Both the position numbers and the translations under genes were made by a program. A DNA stretch of 64,000 bases from Andalucia godoyi And28 (lineage: Eukaryota > Protista > Jakobida): NCBI GenBank assembly GCA_009859145.1, contig VRVR01000057.1, positions 1-64,000 of the forward strand, written 5' to 3'. Below the pieces are notes generated by a model. The model ran no database searches. It had not been told where the DNA came from and saw only the letters and a list, made by a program, of their open reading frames with translations. Shown here piece after piece: positions 10,048-21,300 of the stretch (positions within the stretch are counted from its first letter, which is position 1; each line of letters opens with the position of its first letter).

Positions 10048-11514
10048 ATGTTCACACAGAGATTGCTAGACCTTGGAAGAGGACGGGTGCTGTTTGTATT
10101 CGCTACTCTTTGCGCAGTGTTTGGTTGGTGGGCTTTGTCAGCAGCAACAAAAGATGCCGGGGTGCTGTCACAGGATTCGCGCATACCGTCTTCTTTGACG
10201 GACAGACCAAACGACGGGATTCTCGAAAATCAAACATGCGACCAGATGTATGTGGAGCTCCTGAAACGGATTAGTCAACTGTCTTCGGATGTTATGGCTC
10301 TTTCGAAAGCCGATGTTTCGAATCAATTGGAAGACATTGCAGTGCAAGTGAAGACCCTTATTTCTCAATCGGCAGGTACAAGAGGCGACCCGCAATCTCT
10401 TAATTATACACTGCTGAAAGAACTAACCAATTTGCAAGAGAAGCATGAAACTGCGGTCGGTCGGTTGAAGCGGATCACGGACCGGTTTTGGAGAATCGAG
10501 GATTTCCTTGATCGACGACTGCCGAAGGACAAGATTTTATTGGATCATCGAAAGTATTGGGCTCCTCTGCCTAGTATTGAAAAATGGAAGACTCTTCCTC
10601 GATTAGCAGTTGTCAATGCTGTCACACCTGTCTGGCTCGCGGGGTATGAGTGGGAAGAAACATCTCTGAAATGCTACCTTGCTTACCACGGCTATCCATA
10701 CTATCCGGAGAATGTCGAACTTCAGCCCGACCGGTTCTTGTCCTCTGGGCGCCTTCGAGGAATGCAAAAGTATTTGCCGTATTTTCAGTGGATTATTCAT
10801 GTCTCTGCGGACACTGCTGTCGCGAATCGATCCAAACGAATCGAGCCGTATTTGGATGACGATTTTGACGTGATTCTCACACGACGAAACTTTTACTTGT
10901 ATTCCAATCCAACCAGGATGATTGACGGAAAGTTTGCACACTACCCTCAAGTGAATACGGAGTTGGTGATGGTGAAGAATTCAGCGGGCGGACGCAAGTT
11001 TGTTGACGAGTTCCTCTCCATGTCGGATGGTGGGAAAGTGGGCATGGTTTGGGATATGGGAGAGCTACATCAAATTCTTCTAAAAATCCTGTTTCCCGAT
11101 CACTATGAAGAATGTGCAAAGGTGCACATCGACTATCTCGCTGGAAACTACAAGGAGGTTCCGGGGGAGCATCCGCTGGACGTGTTTTCACAGTCTGTTC
11201 GCAACTCACCCTGTGCCTCCCTGTTCACGAACTCCGAATGGCGTGATGGCCCGATCAAAATTAAGATTCTCGATCTTGGCATCATGAACCGCGATCAATC
11301 TTGCGGGCAAATGAAGCTTCTACGCTGCCAAGACTTTTTCATTCACACGAAATGCGCAGGTAATTTTCAGCCGTCGGAAGAAGTGTACTGTTTGCCTGTC
11401 AAGGAATACGGTGTTTCCACACCAGAATTGTTTCTCTCGGTTGAAGATTCTGCAAAAGAGGCTGCCTTCATGGGAGTCCGTTACAATGGCTGCGAAGGCG
11501 TGAATGTTCTGTAA
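10048..11514 (+). CDS. GT34/DUF273-like glycosyltransferase, type II membrane with coiled-coil stem
   Basis: N-terminal TM (VLFVFATLCAVFGWWAL), heptad stem, SLKCYLAYHGY, YFQWIIHVSADTAVAN, IEPYLD..DVILT, VNTELVMVKNS, WDMGELHQIL. Confidence 0.65.
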   Translation: MFTQRLLDLGRGRVLFVFATLCAVFGWWALSAATKDAGVLSQDSRIPSSLTDRPNDGILENQTCDQMYVELLKRISQLSSDVMALSKADVSNQLEDIAVQVKTLISQSAGTRGDPQSLNYTLLKELTNLQEKHETAVGRLKRITDRFWRIEDFLDRRLPKDKILLDHRKYWAPLPSIEKWKTLPRLAVVNAVTPVWLAGYEWEETSLKCYLAYHGYPYYPENVELQPDRFLSSGRLRGMQKYLPYFQWIIHVSADTAVANRSKRIEPYLDDDFDVILTRRNFYLYSNPTRMIDGKFAHYPQVNTELVMVKNSAGGRKFVDEFLSMSDGGKVGMVWDMGELHQILLKILFPDHYEECAKVHIDYLAGNYKEVPGEHPLDVFSQSVRNSPCASLFTNSEWRDGPIKIKILDLGIMNRDQSCGQMKLLRCQDFFIHTKCAGNFQPSEEVYCLPVKEYGVSTPELFLSVEDSAKEAAFMGVRYNGCEGVNVL

Positions 11515-12570
11515 ATCTGTTCATATTCATGATTTGTGGCTGAGAAGCATACTCGATGATCCCACCGAACGCCTGCAAGCTGACTGGTGGAATACCAAGA
11601 ATACGGTTCACAGAGAAAACAGCAGCAGAAGAAGTCACCAGTACAGATAAGGTAAAGTGATGTCTGGACGGTAGTCGAAACTATTCTAAATCAGTGTGTG
11701 TCGTCCATGGTATGGGCCAGTGAGGTCTGCTCAAGTCATGTTATGGATAGCAGAAGTTCAGCTGGTCTCATTCGCAGAGTCGCACACGCACACGCACACG
11801 CACAATGAATCACTGGTGAAGAAGCGCACAAGAGAACATGATCCATCACTGCAGGGTGGACTGTCGGCGGTATCTTGGAAAAGGTACAACCCGCCAACCC
11901 AAACGTCTGGTGGACGGCTGTGAGTATCATCGGATAGTATGGCTGAGTTGGCAGCCGTCGACGCAGCTATTGAATGAAGGCCGAGGCCCAATGAGAGACG
12001 CTGTCGAATACCGACAAAACCGATTTCCTTGTAATCGATGATGGGCGCTGATGCGGATTGTAAAAGTCACTTTACGCCAAATAATCTGTTTTTTGGGGGC
12101 GCAGCATACGAGACAAATGTTTGGTGAAGTTTTGGTTGGAGGGCCAATACCCGCAGTAACTAAGAATTATTTTGAATGGCGACAGTTGCTGTCGGTGGGC
12201 AAGCCAGATGCAACACAGCAATGAGCGACCGCAGGCTCTGTGAGACTCGGTCGCTACCAAAACCAACCCCCCCAGGGCCTGCTCCTTGAGTGCACCCAAG
12301 CCGGGTTTCCGGCACAACCATCGCGCCCCAGAAAACACAGAACGACGATCGAAAAAGGATTGGTTTATGGAGTTGGGTCAGAATGGGCGACGTAGCACTT
12401 GCTACACATAACGTTATTATTACCCCGACCAAGGATGCTTTTTCTTTCTTCTCCTTGCTCATTGTTCCTTGCCCCTCTGTTTTTTTATTTCTTCTTTGGA
12501 GCTGGAAACAGGAGTGAAAATGGGAGCGAAACACGACATCGAGGAGGGGGGCTGCGCGATGACCGGTCCC

Positions 12571-14040
12571 TCACGTGGATCGAGCATTCCTGGCGTTCTC
12601 CAGAGAAATCAAGAATGCCTTCCACGCAGAAACCTCGCCAGCCGGACGAGAGCCACTAGCTCCTTGAGACTCGATGTAGCGCTGCAACTCCGGGTACAAT
12701 GCAGACAGCGGTGAGAAATTCTTTGACCATTCTCTGGAATCGGCTTCGTTCGAAGAGCAGACTCGGTAGCCCGCTTCCAGGAGCATTCCCACCATGGTCA
12801 GAACAATTTCCGGATACTGCGATCCATAATCCATGAATTCCGAGAAGGAGCGCGTGCGCTTCGACGACAAGAGCTTCATCAATTCGTTTGCGATCCCGGG
12901 AGTGAGCATGTTCATCTTCTCTCCAATAGCCCGCAAAAACACGGGGACACGGCCGTTGTCCGCAGTCTTCATGATTGGATGGGCATGTGGATCCTGTCTA
13001 TGTTCCAAGAGCGACGCTGCAATTTGCGGCGCATAGTAAAAGCAATGAACAAGAAGCGGCCGCAGAATGAACACATCGTCTGGACTGGCGGTGAGCACTC
13101 GGAGCAGACGTGCAAACAGGAAAACACCGCGACGAAGCGCTGAAAGCTCGGAAAGGATCGTCACGGACGACCCGAAAACAGAAACCACCTTTTCGAGCAT
13201 TGACCGGCGCTTCTGCAAAATGGACTCCACTTGGGAATGATTTGGCGGGAACCCCCGCCGCTGCAGCTCGATGAGCGCAGACTGCATGCCTTCGAGCGAC
13301 AAGACCAGCGAAAAGCAGTCTTCCAAAGCGGCCTGAACATGCAGCTTCGCTTTCGAAGACCCCTTGATTTCGGCAGACAGCAAAGAATGCGGTAAATCCA
13401 GAGACATGCGAGGCCGACGCAACGAGAATGGCGCAACCTTTCCAAGCTGCCGATCTGACGATTCGTCCTTGGACATTTCCGCTGGGCTCTTCGACGGCGT
13501 TGCAAACTCTGTCAAATTGGGAGGCAAGAAGCCAGCGCGGAAGGACGCAGGATCGCGACGGCTCGTGAATGCCAGATAATAGTAATCCTCGTTCCACGCA
13601 TCTTCAATTGAATACGACAGGACCAAACACTTGTTGACAAACTCCAGATCCGACTGCGTCATCATTCGCGGTCCTGATTCCGAGATGGGGTCTGCAGGAG
13701 GAAGAAACGCCACGACCTCCGACGCGTCGAACTGGTCGTCGATTTCTCCGTGCGCAGCCTTTGTTGCTTGCAGAATATCGTTCGCGAGATCGTCGAAGTC
13801 CTCTTCTTCGTCATCCATGCCAGCCGCTCCCATCGCCTGCTTGGCCGACGCCTGCAGGCTCACTGCCGAAGAAAATCCGAGCCCCAGCTGATCCAAGGAC
13901 ACCGCCTGTGTCGGCATCTGCCATTCTTCGCCCGCATCAAACGTCTCGTCGTTGAAGTCGTCCGCATCCTCATCGAGAACCCCGCCGATGTACTCGCCAC
14001 CAAGAAAGTCGTCGCTCGTCGGATCCAGATAATCGTCCAT
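12571..14040 (-). CDS. PAT1: mRNA decapping activator Pat1
   Basis: DDFNDETFD N-terminal motif, MMTQSD...EDAWNEDYYY, LGKV..SLRRPR..L, helical C-terminal domain. Confidence 0.88.
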   Translation of the reverse strand: MDDYLDPTSDDFLGGEYIGGVLDEDADDFNDETFDAGEEWQMPTQAVSLDQLGLGFSSAVSLQASAKQAMGAAGMDDEEEDFDDLANDILQATKAAHGEIDDQFDASEVVAFLPPADPISESGPRMMTQSDLEFVNKCLVLSYSIEDAWNEDYYYLAFTSRRDPASFRAGFLPPNLTEFATPSKSPAEMSKDESSDRQLGKVAPFSLRRPRMSLDLPHSLLSAEIKGSSKAKLHVQAALEDCFSLVLSLEGMQSALIELQRRGFPPNHSQVESILQKRRSMLEKVVSVFGSSVTILSELSALRRGVFLFARLLRVLTASPDDVFILRPLLVHCFYYAPQIAASLLEHRQDPHAHPIMKTADNGRVPVFLRAIGEKMNMLTPGIANELMKLLSSKRTRSFSEFMDYGSQYPEIVLTMVGMLLEAGYRVCSSNEADSREWSKNFSPLSALYPELQRYIESQGASGSRPAGEVSAWKAFLISLENARNARST

Positions 14041-14258
14041 TTCCCCCCAACACACTACTTTCTTTGCCGTCCACGAAAAAAACCCACACAGAATAAAGAA
14101 TCGTCGTTAATTTAATAACAATAACAAGAATAACATAATTTAAAGTTTTAATATAAAAAAACTCCATTAAATAGGAAAGAGAAAGACCACGGACAACGAA
14201 GGACGAACGAGCTTTCAGTAAAACCTGCAGCGAAATTGCACAGTATGCACTGCATCTT

Positions 14259-14421
14259 ACCGCTCGCCACACCGTGAGTCACTATTGGTCGGTGGCAAAA
14301 AACGACAGATACGAGCCACATGTCTGTTTGGTTTTGGTTTTGTTTTTGTTTTTTAATTTGGGGGAGGGCGAGCACCAACTCTTCAATGCAGACTGCTCTG
14401 CATCAAAGGGTCGTCGCAACC
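14259..14421 (+). repeat. Dispersed ~160-bp repeat, copy A (homologous to 24870-25025, minus strand)
   Basis: Co-linear blocks: accgctcgccacaccgtgagtcactattggtc vs accgcgcgccaaaacatgaatcattgttgatc; gacagat..agcc; ttaatt(t)ggg..gagcaccaactcttcaatRcaga...catcaaagggtcRtcRcaacca. Confidence 0.85.
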
Positions 14422-15248
14422 AACCTATTCCCCCAATCGATTCAGCATTCAAAAAATGAACGTTGGAGGAAACAGAAATGTGGTCGGCGGTGTGACACAT
14501 TGCGCCAACGACGCCGCGGCTGACAACGCATTTGCCTTTGCTCCTTCTTGTTCTCACGCAATCGATCACATATTCGTGATTTGACCATCAGCTTGCTCAG
14601 CAAGATTGCTGTCGGACGATGATCTTCTTCTTCTTGCTCTCGGCCTCCGACGAGATCGGATCTACGGATTTCTTGGTTCTTGTTATCTTCTGGACATGGC
14701 CGGCTTGAGTTTGGCGGGAAGATTTCTCTTTGGAACTATGAGATTTATATATATATTTTTTGTCTTTAATGCGGTGCTTCAGGGCTCGATAGATAAACCA
14801 AACAGAAATAAACAAACAGAAAATAAAGCGAAAGAATTGGAGAAAGTATGGACTTTGACTACGGTAGGAACATTGTATTTGTTTGATGTTTCAATGTCGA
14901 TGCACAAAGCTGCCAGCCGTACGGCGGGTGCTTAGCCGCTCAGCCATCCACGCTTGGGGCTGTTCACGAATCCCTTTATTTGACATGAAGCACAGGAAAA
15001 GGAGAGAATGAGAAAAAGACGCAGGCAGAAAGCAGTGCGCTTAGCTTGTCTTTAGTGTTCGTTTCTTCTTTGATTTATGGTTGTTTGGTTATTATTTTCT
15101 TGTTTGGCTAAACTTGTTGTTCTTTCCTTCGCTGCACCGGGTTCTTTTTTTTTTGGGGGAGGGAGGGACCATTGAGTATAGTCTGTCCTCGTTTGTACGC
15201 GCGTCGCCACGCTTCCTTATACACACATAGTCTCGGGCTCGGAAGAAA

Positions 15249-18200
15249 ATGCTTCAAGCGCAGACGCAGACGCCTTCGTCGTCGTGGAGCGGCGTGAAGC
15301 GATGTGCGGTTCTGTGCGGCTCTTCGTGTGTGGGCTTCATTGTACTGCTTGTTTCGATGGTGCTGATTTTCATGGTCACGTCTCCGTACCGTGTCGAGTA
15401 CGATCTGCTGGAATCACAGTCGCCAAAGCTTCGTGCTGGTACGCTGTCGAACGGAATGAAATACCAAATTCTGCAGAACAAGTTGAAGGCTGAGCGGTTT
15501 GCGTCGTTTGCGGCGGTTGAAGTTGGGTCCATGGATGAGGACGAGTCGGAACGCGGGATCGCGCATATGGTGGAACATATGGCGTTTGACTCCACTCGTG
15601 ATTTCCCGGGAAGAGCGGGTCTTTGGAAGAAAGTTCTGGATCTCGGAGGGGTGTTCAACGCCTTTACGTCGTTCCGCAACACAGTGTACATGCTGTGGGA
15701 GCTTCCGGTGGCGAGTTTAGACGACGCTCTGATGGTCCACACGAACCAACTTTTTGGACAAACCGTCCAAGATTCGAAGAATTTGAACTTGGAAAAGGGC
15801 GCGGTGCTTTCAGAAGGGCGTTTCAGAAACGAAAGCATGTCGCTGGCACTGGAGGCCATGCTGCAGAATCACGGTGGGTCAAAATGGCGCCCAGCATCTC
15901 GCATGCCCATCGGTACGATTGAGACAATTGAATCGTGGACCCCGGACCAGGTATCTGCTTTCCTCGGCAAATGGTATCGTCCAGCTGCGGTGACGCTGAT
16001 TTTGGTGGGTGATTTTCCCAGCCTGGAGACAGTGGAGCAAAAGCTCATGTCGGCAGAAATAGGCAAGATCCAACCATCCTATCCAGGATCCCGCGATCCG
16101 TTTTCACGTCCTGCTCTTGGACCCATCAGGCCTCAAAAATCCATTTTCATTCATCCTGTCGACGGCCTAGACGCTACTTGGATCAGCCTGTTTGTTTCGA
16201 GACCGTACGCGGAGCATCGCCGAAAATTCAATCATTTTCGTACGGAAACGGTGTCTCGCCTCTTCTCAGTTCTTTACGTTGCATCGACGCTATCGCGGTA
16301 TGCGATCATGTACCCGTCGGCCTCAGAACTGCGCCTGGCGGCTGTCCTCTACAGTGAAGAGTACTCCTTTGGTACCGGGTTGAATCTTTGGTCGGTAATC
16401 GTCCCAGGCCCGTCACGAGGAAGTACCTGGAAGCAGGATTTCGTTGCGGCTCTCATTGAACTGCGGCGAATGGCTGATGATGGGCCTGACGATATCGTGG
16501 TCACCTTGCTCTTGTATGTTGTTCATGCGATTTTCTACGTTCTGGAGGCGTTCGGAGACTCTTTGGATCATATGACAATGGCAATGTTGGTCTTGGGAGA
16601 CATGGACCCGCACTATCCGTTCCTGGATTTCACACAGCAAAAGCTGATTCAGACGCAGTTCCTGGACTATGGATTTACGGAGTCTGCCAAGGCCCACATC
16701 AAGGCGGAAGCGCGAATGCTGTGGAACTGTCTCACAGATGGACTTGGAAAAGGCGAGGCAACGCTGAACGTCTTCGTCGACGACAAGACGTATTCTTCTG
16801 CTTCCGTGAAAGATCAAGAATGGATCTCGGCGTCCGTGTTGGGTTCATTAATTGACGAGGTTGCAGGCATGGAATTCTTGGGTGAATCTCCGCTCTATTC
16901 GTTGCTTTCGGCCAGTGGAACTGGGGGAAAGGACTCCCTGGTCACCCCCAAGGAAAAGGAGCCACAAGACAAGGTTTCTCTGCCCAGTACTCCTCCCAAA
17001 CTTGCTGGATCCAAAAATGGAATCACGCAATACACGTTGTCGAACGGCATTCCTCTGAATTTGAAGCAACTACCATCTGCGAACGGCGCGGTAAGCGTCT
17101 CTGTGAACGCTCTTCGAACAGTGCTTCGCGACCCGATGGAATCTGCTGCTGCATGCTTCCTCATCAACGCGTACTCCCAGCAGTCCTCGATGGACTGTGT
17201 GAATGGCGAAGTTCTCAGAGCGAAAGCACTGCTGCATGAGTCTTGCTACTTGAATACTTTTACGGGAGAGCCGTGTGACCCTTCTCTTTTCAATTACGAA
17301 TCCCCGTTGCTAGCGCTGCGCACTTCCATTGAAGACTTTACGTATGATCGAACGCAAACTATGGAACTTGCAGAGAAAGTTTTCTCGGCAAATCTGGTGC
17401 GCCAAAGACGTGCCTCACCACTGGAGTCGCTTCCATATGTCATGTTTCAGGAAGAAAATCTCTCGCCGGAAGACATCCAGCGACTGGACCCGTCGCTTGT
17501 TAACGCATGGGTTCGGGAAATGTTCTCCTCTGGCTCCGTCGAGATCAATGTCGTGGGCACTTTTGATGAGCAGTTGTTGGTGAATGCTGTGAATCGTGCA
17601 TTTGGATCATTGCCGTCTTACTCCAAATCCCTTGTGGGGCTCGATGTCTACGATGCAGCCAACGTTGACTTCTTTGGCAAGGTTCCGGCGTGGAACAACT
17701 TCCCGAGCCACCGGTCTTGTGATGTGCACTCGGTTTCTCCGAATCGCGCATTCGTCGCAGGTCGAGTACCGGCCCCTTCCTATGCTTCTCTTGCGCCGTA
17801 CAACTCTGCCGGAGCCATTTCATATGTGGACTCTGTCATCCGGTCTGCTTTGTTTGATTCCATGCGCCGCGATGCGGGATTCACATATTTTGTGCAGGTC
17901 CAGGCAGACCGGTCGTTGGTCTTCCCCGCCCAGTCGTATTACTATCTCGTATGGGCACCGTTGCCGCAGAATATCGATGCCAGTGTTCAAACCGCCAATC
18001 AGACGTTATCCGGCGCCATCTGGGATCTTGATATGCCAAAGAAGATTGCAAAATCTGTCGTGATGGGCCTGTCTGGCGAGCTCAATGCGGGTGACGTTTC
18101 GATGTGGCTGTCGATCATGCAAGGCCTCTCGCTGAAGTCTCCGGTTTCGTGGAAAGCGTACACAGGGAGTGTCCGATCAATCGACACTTTCGACAAGGTG

Positions 18201-18314
18201 TTTGAGTTCCAGGATTTGGAATTCATCGTCTCGCGTACAGTCCACGGTGTCATTGACACAGCTGCAATTGTAACAGTGGCGGGCGAAAGCACGTGTTTGC
18301 CGTCGTCTCTTTGA
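15249..18314 (+). CDS. M16 zinc protease, bacterial PqqL-like, N-terminally membrane anchored
   Basis: GTLSNGMKYQI, VEVGSMDEDESERGIAHMVEHMAF (inverted HxxEH), FNAFTSF, EKGAVLSE, second-half YTLSNGIP; TM at residues ~20-45. Confidence 0.88.
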   Translation: MLQAQTQTPSSSWSGVKRCAVLCGSSCVGFIVLLVSMVLIFMVTSPYRVEYDLLESQSPKLRAGTLSNGMKYQILQNKLKAERFASFAAVEVGSMDEDESERGIAHMVEHMAFDSTRDFPGRAGLWKKVLDLGGVFNAFTSFRNTVYMLWELPVASLDDALMVHTNQLFGQTVQDSKNLNLEKGAVLSEGRFRNESMSLALEAMLQNHGGSKWRPASRMPIGTIETIESWTPDQVSAFLGKWYRPAAVTLILVGDFPSLETVEQKLMSAEIGKIQPSYPGSRDPFSRPALGPIRPQKSIFIHPVDGLDATWISLFVSRPYAEHRRKFNHFRTETVSRLFSVLYVASTLSRYAIMYPSASELRLAAVLYSEEYSFGTGLNLWSVIVPGPSRGSTWKQDFVAALIELRRMADDGPDDIVVTLLLYVVHAIFYVLEAFGDSLDHMTMAMLVLGDMDPHYPFLDFTQQKLIQTQFLDYGFTESAKAHIKAEARMLWNCLTDGLGKGEATLNVFVDDKTYSSASVKDQEWISASVLGSLIDEVAGMEFLGESPLYSLLSASGTGGKDSLVTPKEKEPQDKVSLPSTPPKLAGSKNGITQYTLSNGIPLNLKQLPSANGAVSVSVNALRTVLRDPMESAAACFLINAYSQQSSMDCVNGEVLRAKALLHESCYLNTFTGEPCDPSLFNYESPLLALRTSIEDFTYDRTQTMELAEKVFSANLVRQRRASPLESLPYVMFQEENLSPEDIQRLDPSLVNAWVREMFSSGSVEINVVGTFDEQLLVNAVNRAFGSLPSYSKSLVGLDVYDAANVDFFGKVPAWNNFPSHRSCDVHSVSPNRAFVAGRVPAPSYASLAPYNSAGAISYVDSVIRSALFDSMRRDAGFTYFVQVQADRSLVFPAQSYYYLVWAPLPQNIDASVQTANQTLSGAIWDLDMPKKIAKSVVMGLSGELNAGDVSMWLSIMQGLSLKSPVSWKAYTGSVRSIDTFDKVFEFQDLEFIVSRTVHGVIDTAAIVTVAGESTCLPSSL

Positions 18315-18350
18315 CATCTCTGATTACTCAGATTGGTATGTACCACACGT

Positions 18351-21300
18351 TTATTCATTATTGTTTGTTTCTTCTCCTTCTCCTTCTTCTTCTTCATCAT
18401 CATCCGTTTGTGCAGAGACATGTTCGAATAAACCAAACTGAAGCATGATCCAGTACACTTCGTCTTCAAACTCCTTTGTTTTCTCTTTTTTTTCCCTTGG
18501 GTCGCAGGCGTGGAGGAACGAGAGGAAGTTCGTTCGAACGAGGTCAATACACGAACCCAGCTCCTTCTTTGCAGACTCAAAGGAATCAAAAGGCTCAGAA
18601 CATAAATCCGAAATGCTGCGCACTTTGCGCGTGGAACGCGTCGGTGCGTACTCAAATATCCAAGACGAGGAAATCCTCGAAAAATACGTCGAAACCTGTC
18701 TCGGGACGGGGTCATCGACGCAGGAAACAAAGTTCGGCAGCGCGGAACTGAGCAAAGACGATGATGACGCCCCAGCAATTGCATTCAGCTCCTTTTGCAG
18801 CTGATCGTTCACTGTCATCACGTCCAACAACCCTTTCGAAACAAACGGCTGGAAAGCGGAATTGTACACCAGAGAATTAGTGACCATCTTCCAGACGTCC
18901 AGCAGAAACACAAGCCAGTTCCCCGCATACACTTTCCTGCCAATATCCGAAACGGAGATTGCTTCCACAATGTAATCCATGTAGTCTGGATAGTCATCCA
19001 AGGGGACCGGTTCGACAAACTCTTCTGAAAACAGCGACAGAACCGAAGACTGAAAAGTCGGCCATACGCTCGGAGAGAACTCGACATACTTGGAGCACAG
19101 GAAGTCTGCTTTCTTTCGCAAATAGGAAAACCAAACCCGGAACTGAGTCAAGGTTTCCTTCATCTGGCCTCCTTGACGATTCGCAATACGCTCCAGCCGC
19201 TTGAACTGTGTCGTGAAATACGTTTCAAATAACGAAAGAAATGCGTCAGTGGGAGAGAACGGAGGGGGGGCCGCAGTGGCATCGTCAGCAACTCGCCGTT
19301 TCTTGGTATCGCGCCTCTCTTCTTCCTCGATGGCAACTCCGCGCTTCATAGACGGTCTCGAAGAAACGGCTGCAACGGCTGAAACGGCTGAAACGACTGG
19401 AGTTCGCGCAGCGTCCTCCGCAACTGGTTCATCGCTTGAACTCTCTTCTTCAGAATCGCTGACGAGATTTCGTCGTCGCCCCGCCCTCCTCTTCTTCTTC
19501 TTTGGGGTATGATCTGCGACCAGTCTGGAAAACATTGACATCGCGTCCTCATACGTCACGATCGTCTTTCGACTTTGCTTCCCTCGGCGTCGACAACTTC
19601 GGAATTCTTCATCATCATCCAAATCCTCCGATCTTTGGACTGCACACACTTTCTCCAGAACGCTCTCTACTCCAGAGACGCTTGCTGGCAGGAATACGCG
19701 GCACAGCGATTTCAAATGGTTCAGGTCTCCGATGAGAGTTGCGGCACTTGGATAGAACCGCTTGGAACACCGCAGCAGAATAAAAAGCAAGGACGATGGA
19801 TCATTGTTGCAAATCTTGCCAAACAAGCCAGGATCGGTAGCATAGGCCTCCTTCACTATACGAGCCTCAACGGAAAGAAGGTCGTACCGGGAAAAGTCGG
19901 GAAAAGATGAATATAGCTCAAAAGGCGACACTGCAAAACGCGAGCCTGCAGCAGGACCGTGCAAACAGTCTTCAGTCGCAACCACGATGTAACACTTCCA
20001 AGGATCCGTACTCTCCGCAGTTCTCCACACGTTCAGGGGGCCCACTTTTTCGATCGGCCTTCTTGAAATAATCCGTACAGGCAGCAGATATTCAACTGTT
20101 GTTGGCTTCTTGCCTCCCAAGGCTGCCACTGTGATCAGAAAATCATTGCCTTCGAGGTTCGTGTCAACGGCCCGTGAATGGTCATACAAGGAAGCTGAAA
20201 TGACGAACGGAGTGTTACGAGACAGCACTCCATCAGCGGACAATGATGCATCACACCGAAACACGTCATCGGATAGGAGAAACGGAACCTGGATGTGAAT
20301 TGGCTGTTCTTCGTGCTCAAAATGGCATCGTATGGAAACATTGAGGAATGGGCAGAGGTAAGGCGCCTCCTCACGCAGATTGTATGCCACTACGCGACCA
20401 CGAATGACACTAGGCCAGCTGTCGCCAAACATGTTCCACGGCAGCAGCTCGGGCAGCTGGCATGGATAACGTTGATCATGAGCTCGATGACCGGATGTGA
20501 AGTAGATCACCTCTTCACCGATGAAAGGAACATAGTGCAAACCATGCTCTACGGCCACTCTCTCGAGTGGAAAATAGCGCATGCACCATGTCCTGTTCTT
20601 TCTCAAAATATCTTGAAACATTTCGTCGGCATCAACATCGTCAAACGAAACTATTCGTTGCTCGTCGAATGATCCCGCATCCGCATCGCCATCGTCTGTG
20701 ACCGCATCTTGATGGATCACATCCGCTCCATCTTCACTATTGCTTGGTGAAGATGCATACTCGTCAACTTCGTCGTCGTCATCATCGTGACCAAGAGCTG
20801 CACGATCTTCCAGATCCCGCATCAAAAGCTGTCTTTGCAGTTCATTCTCGAGTCGATGTCTCCGCCTTCTTTCAAATTCGATGATGTCTAACAACGGAAC
20901 ATTCGGCACAAATCCGTTCGAGGAGAACGGCTGCGGATTGTATACTTCGCCATCGAGATTGCATATCCACGATTCGGAAAACTCGTGAAACCGACGCTGA
21001 GTGACGGCGTCCAATGCATATCCTTGCATGTCGAGGGAAACGACATGCGTATCATTCTTGAAGAATTGCTCCACAGGCACCGTCGCGTATACCTTCTTCT
21101 CGGGCTCCTCGGCGGCCGCAAAAAGATAGATGAATCCGTCGTTGTCCGCCATGATAAACGACAGACCATCGGGGCTCCATTCGTCCAGATAGAGACCCCA
21201 TCCACGTGCTGCACGACCTCCACCTTGCAGGAGATTGGAAGCTTTTGAGAATTGCGATATTATGATCGCCGAGATCAATCGAAAGCTCTTCAAATCCCAC

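Noticed and set aside
11760-12480. Stop-riddled coding-looking stretch between the GT34-like gene and PAT1
   Set aside because: Could be an old pseudogene, but no family could be recognised.
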